A stretch of DNA of 53,082 bases from Candidatus Poseidoniales archaeon (GTDB lineage Archaea; Thermoplasmatota; Poseidoniia; Poseidoniales; Poseidoniaceae): contig QQSC01000005.1 of the NCBI GenBank assembly GCA_003602475.1, positions 10,021 to 63,102 on the forward strand. Direction: 5' to 3'. The position numbers and the translations under genes are program-made. The notes beneath the pieces were generated by a model that worked only from the letters and a program-made list of their open reading frames with translations, ran no database searches and was not told the DNA's origin. Numbering within the stretch: position 1 is the first letter of the stretch; each line of letters starts with the position of its first letter. Positions 52,973 through 53,082 of this stretch are shown here, one piece after another.

Positions 52973-53082
52973 GTCGGGGGGTTGCTTAGCACCCTGTTAT
53001 GCACGTAGCGGGGGAAGGGCTGAGGAGGACTTCCCGAGGAGGAGTCTTCTGTTGAGGCCGAATTGGCATGACTAGATACCGA

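Noticed and set aside
52963-53060. Possible SRP RNA Alu domain, TPP riboswitch or RNase P RNA
   Set aside because: Partial resemblance only (GGGGGG..CCCTGTTA; GCTGAG). It lacks a convincing SRP helix 4, the TPP CTGAGA/ACCTGAT core and the RNase P GAGGAAAGTCC motif. Left as an unassigned structured region.
1-53082. tRNA, rRNA, CRISPR arrays, integrases, transposases, inteins, proviral genes
   Set aside because: None recognisable by eye; intergenic gaps are short and housekeeping proteins are of normal length.

Overview
Gene-dense archaeal chromosomal segment, about 36 CDSs. Gene content points to Marine Group II Euryarchaeota (Ca. Poseidoniales, Thermoplasmatota); this is an inference from archaeal uS15, ArcS, type II GAPDH, Rpp21, PheT and GluRS together with giant secreted proteins and an S8 protease. 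Housekeeping genes: dnaJ, arcS, rps15, gltX, rnhB, pheT, gap, adk, rnp4, yhbY. They are interleaved with many cell-surface genes: a translationally coupled operon of three class III signal-peptide (pilin-like) proteins, a 1917-aa protein full of DxDxDG Ca-binding-type repeats, a ~1800-aa membrane-anchored protein, a lipoprotein zinc protease, several Ig-like single-pass proteins and a 1661-aa subtilase. Top finding: two unrelated giant surface proteins end in the same architecture, a TM helix, a Pro-rich linker and the motif PPxPPxGLPxGWTxxQWxxYG (14/21 identical), suggesting an uncharacterised cytoplasmic sorting or docking tag. Other findings: a pyroglutamyl-peptidase/Nudix fusion, an apparently catalytically dead RecJ/GAN-like protein after rps15, a degenerate glutamate-synthase domain fusion, and a TT[GC]A[AT] promoter element 28-31 nt upstream of many start codons (leaderless mRNAs). 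I found no tRNA, rRNA, CRISPR array or mobile element. All calls come from reading motifs by eye; no searches were run.
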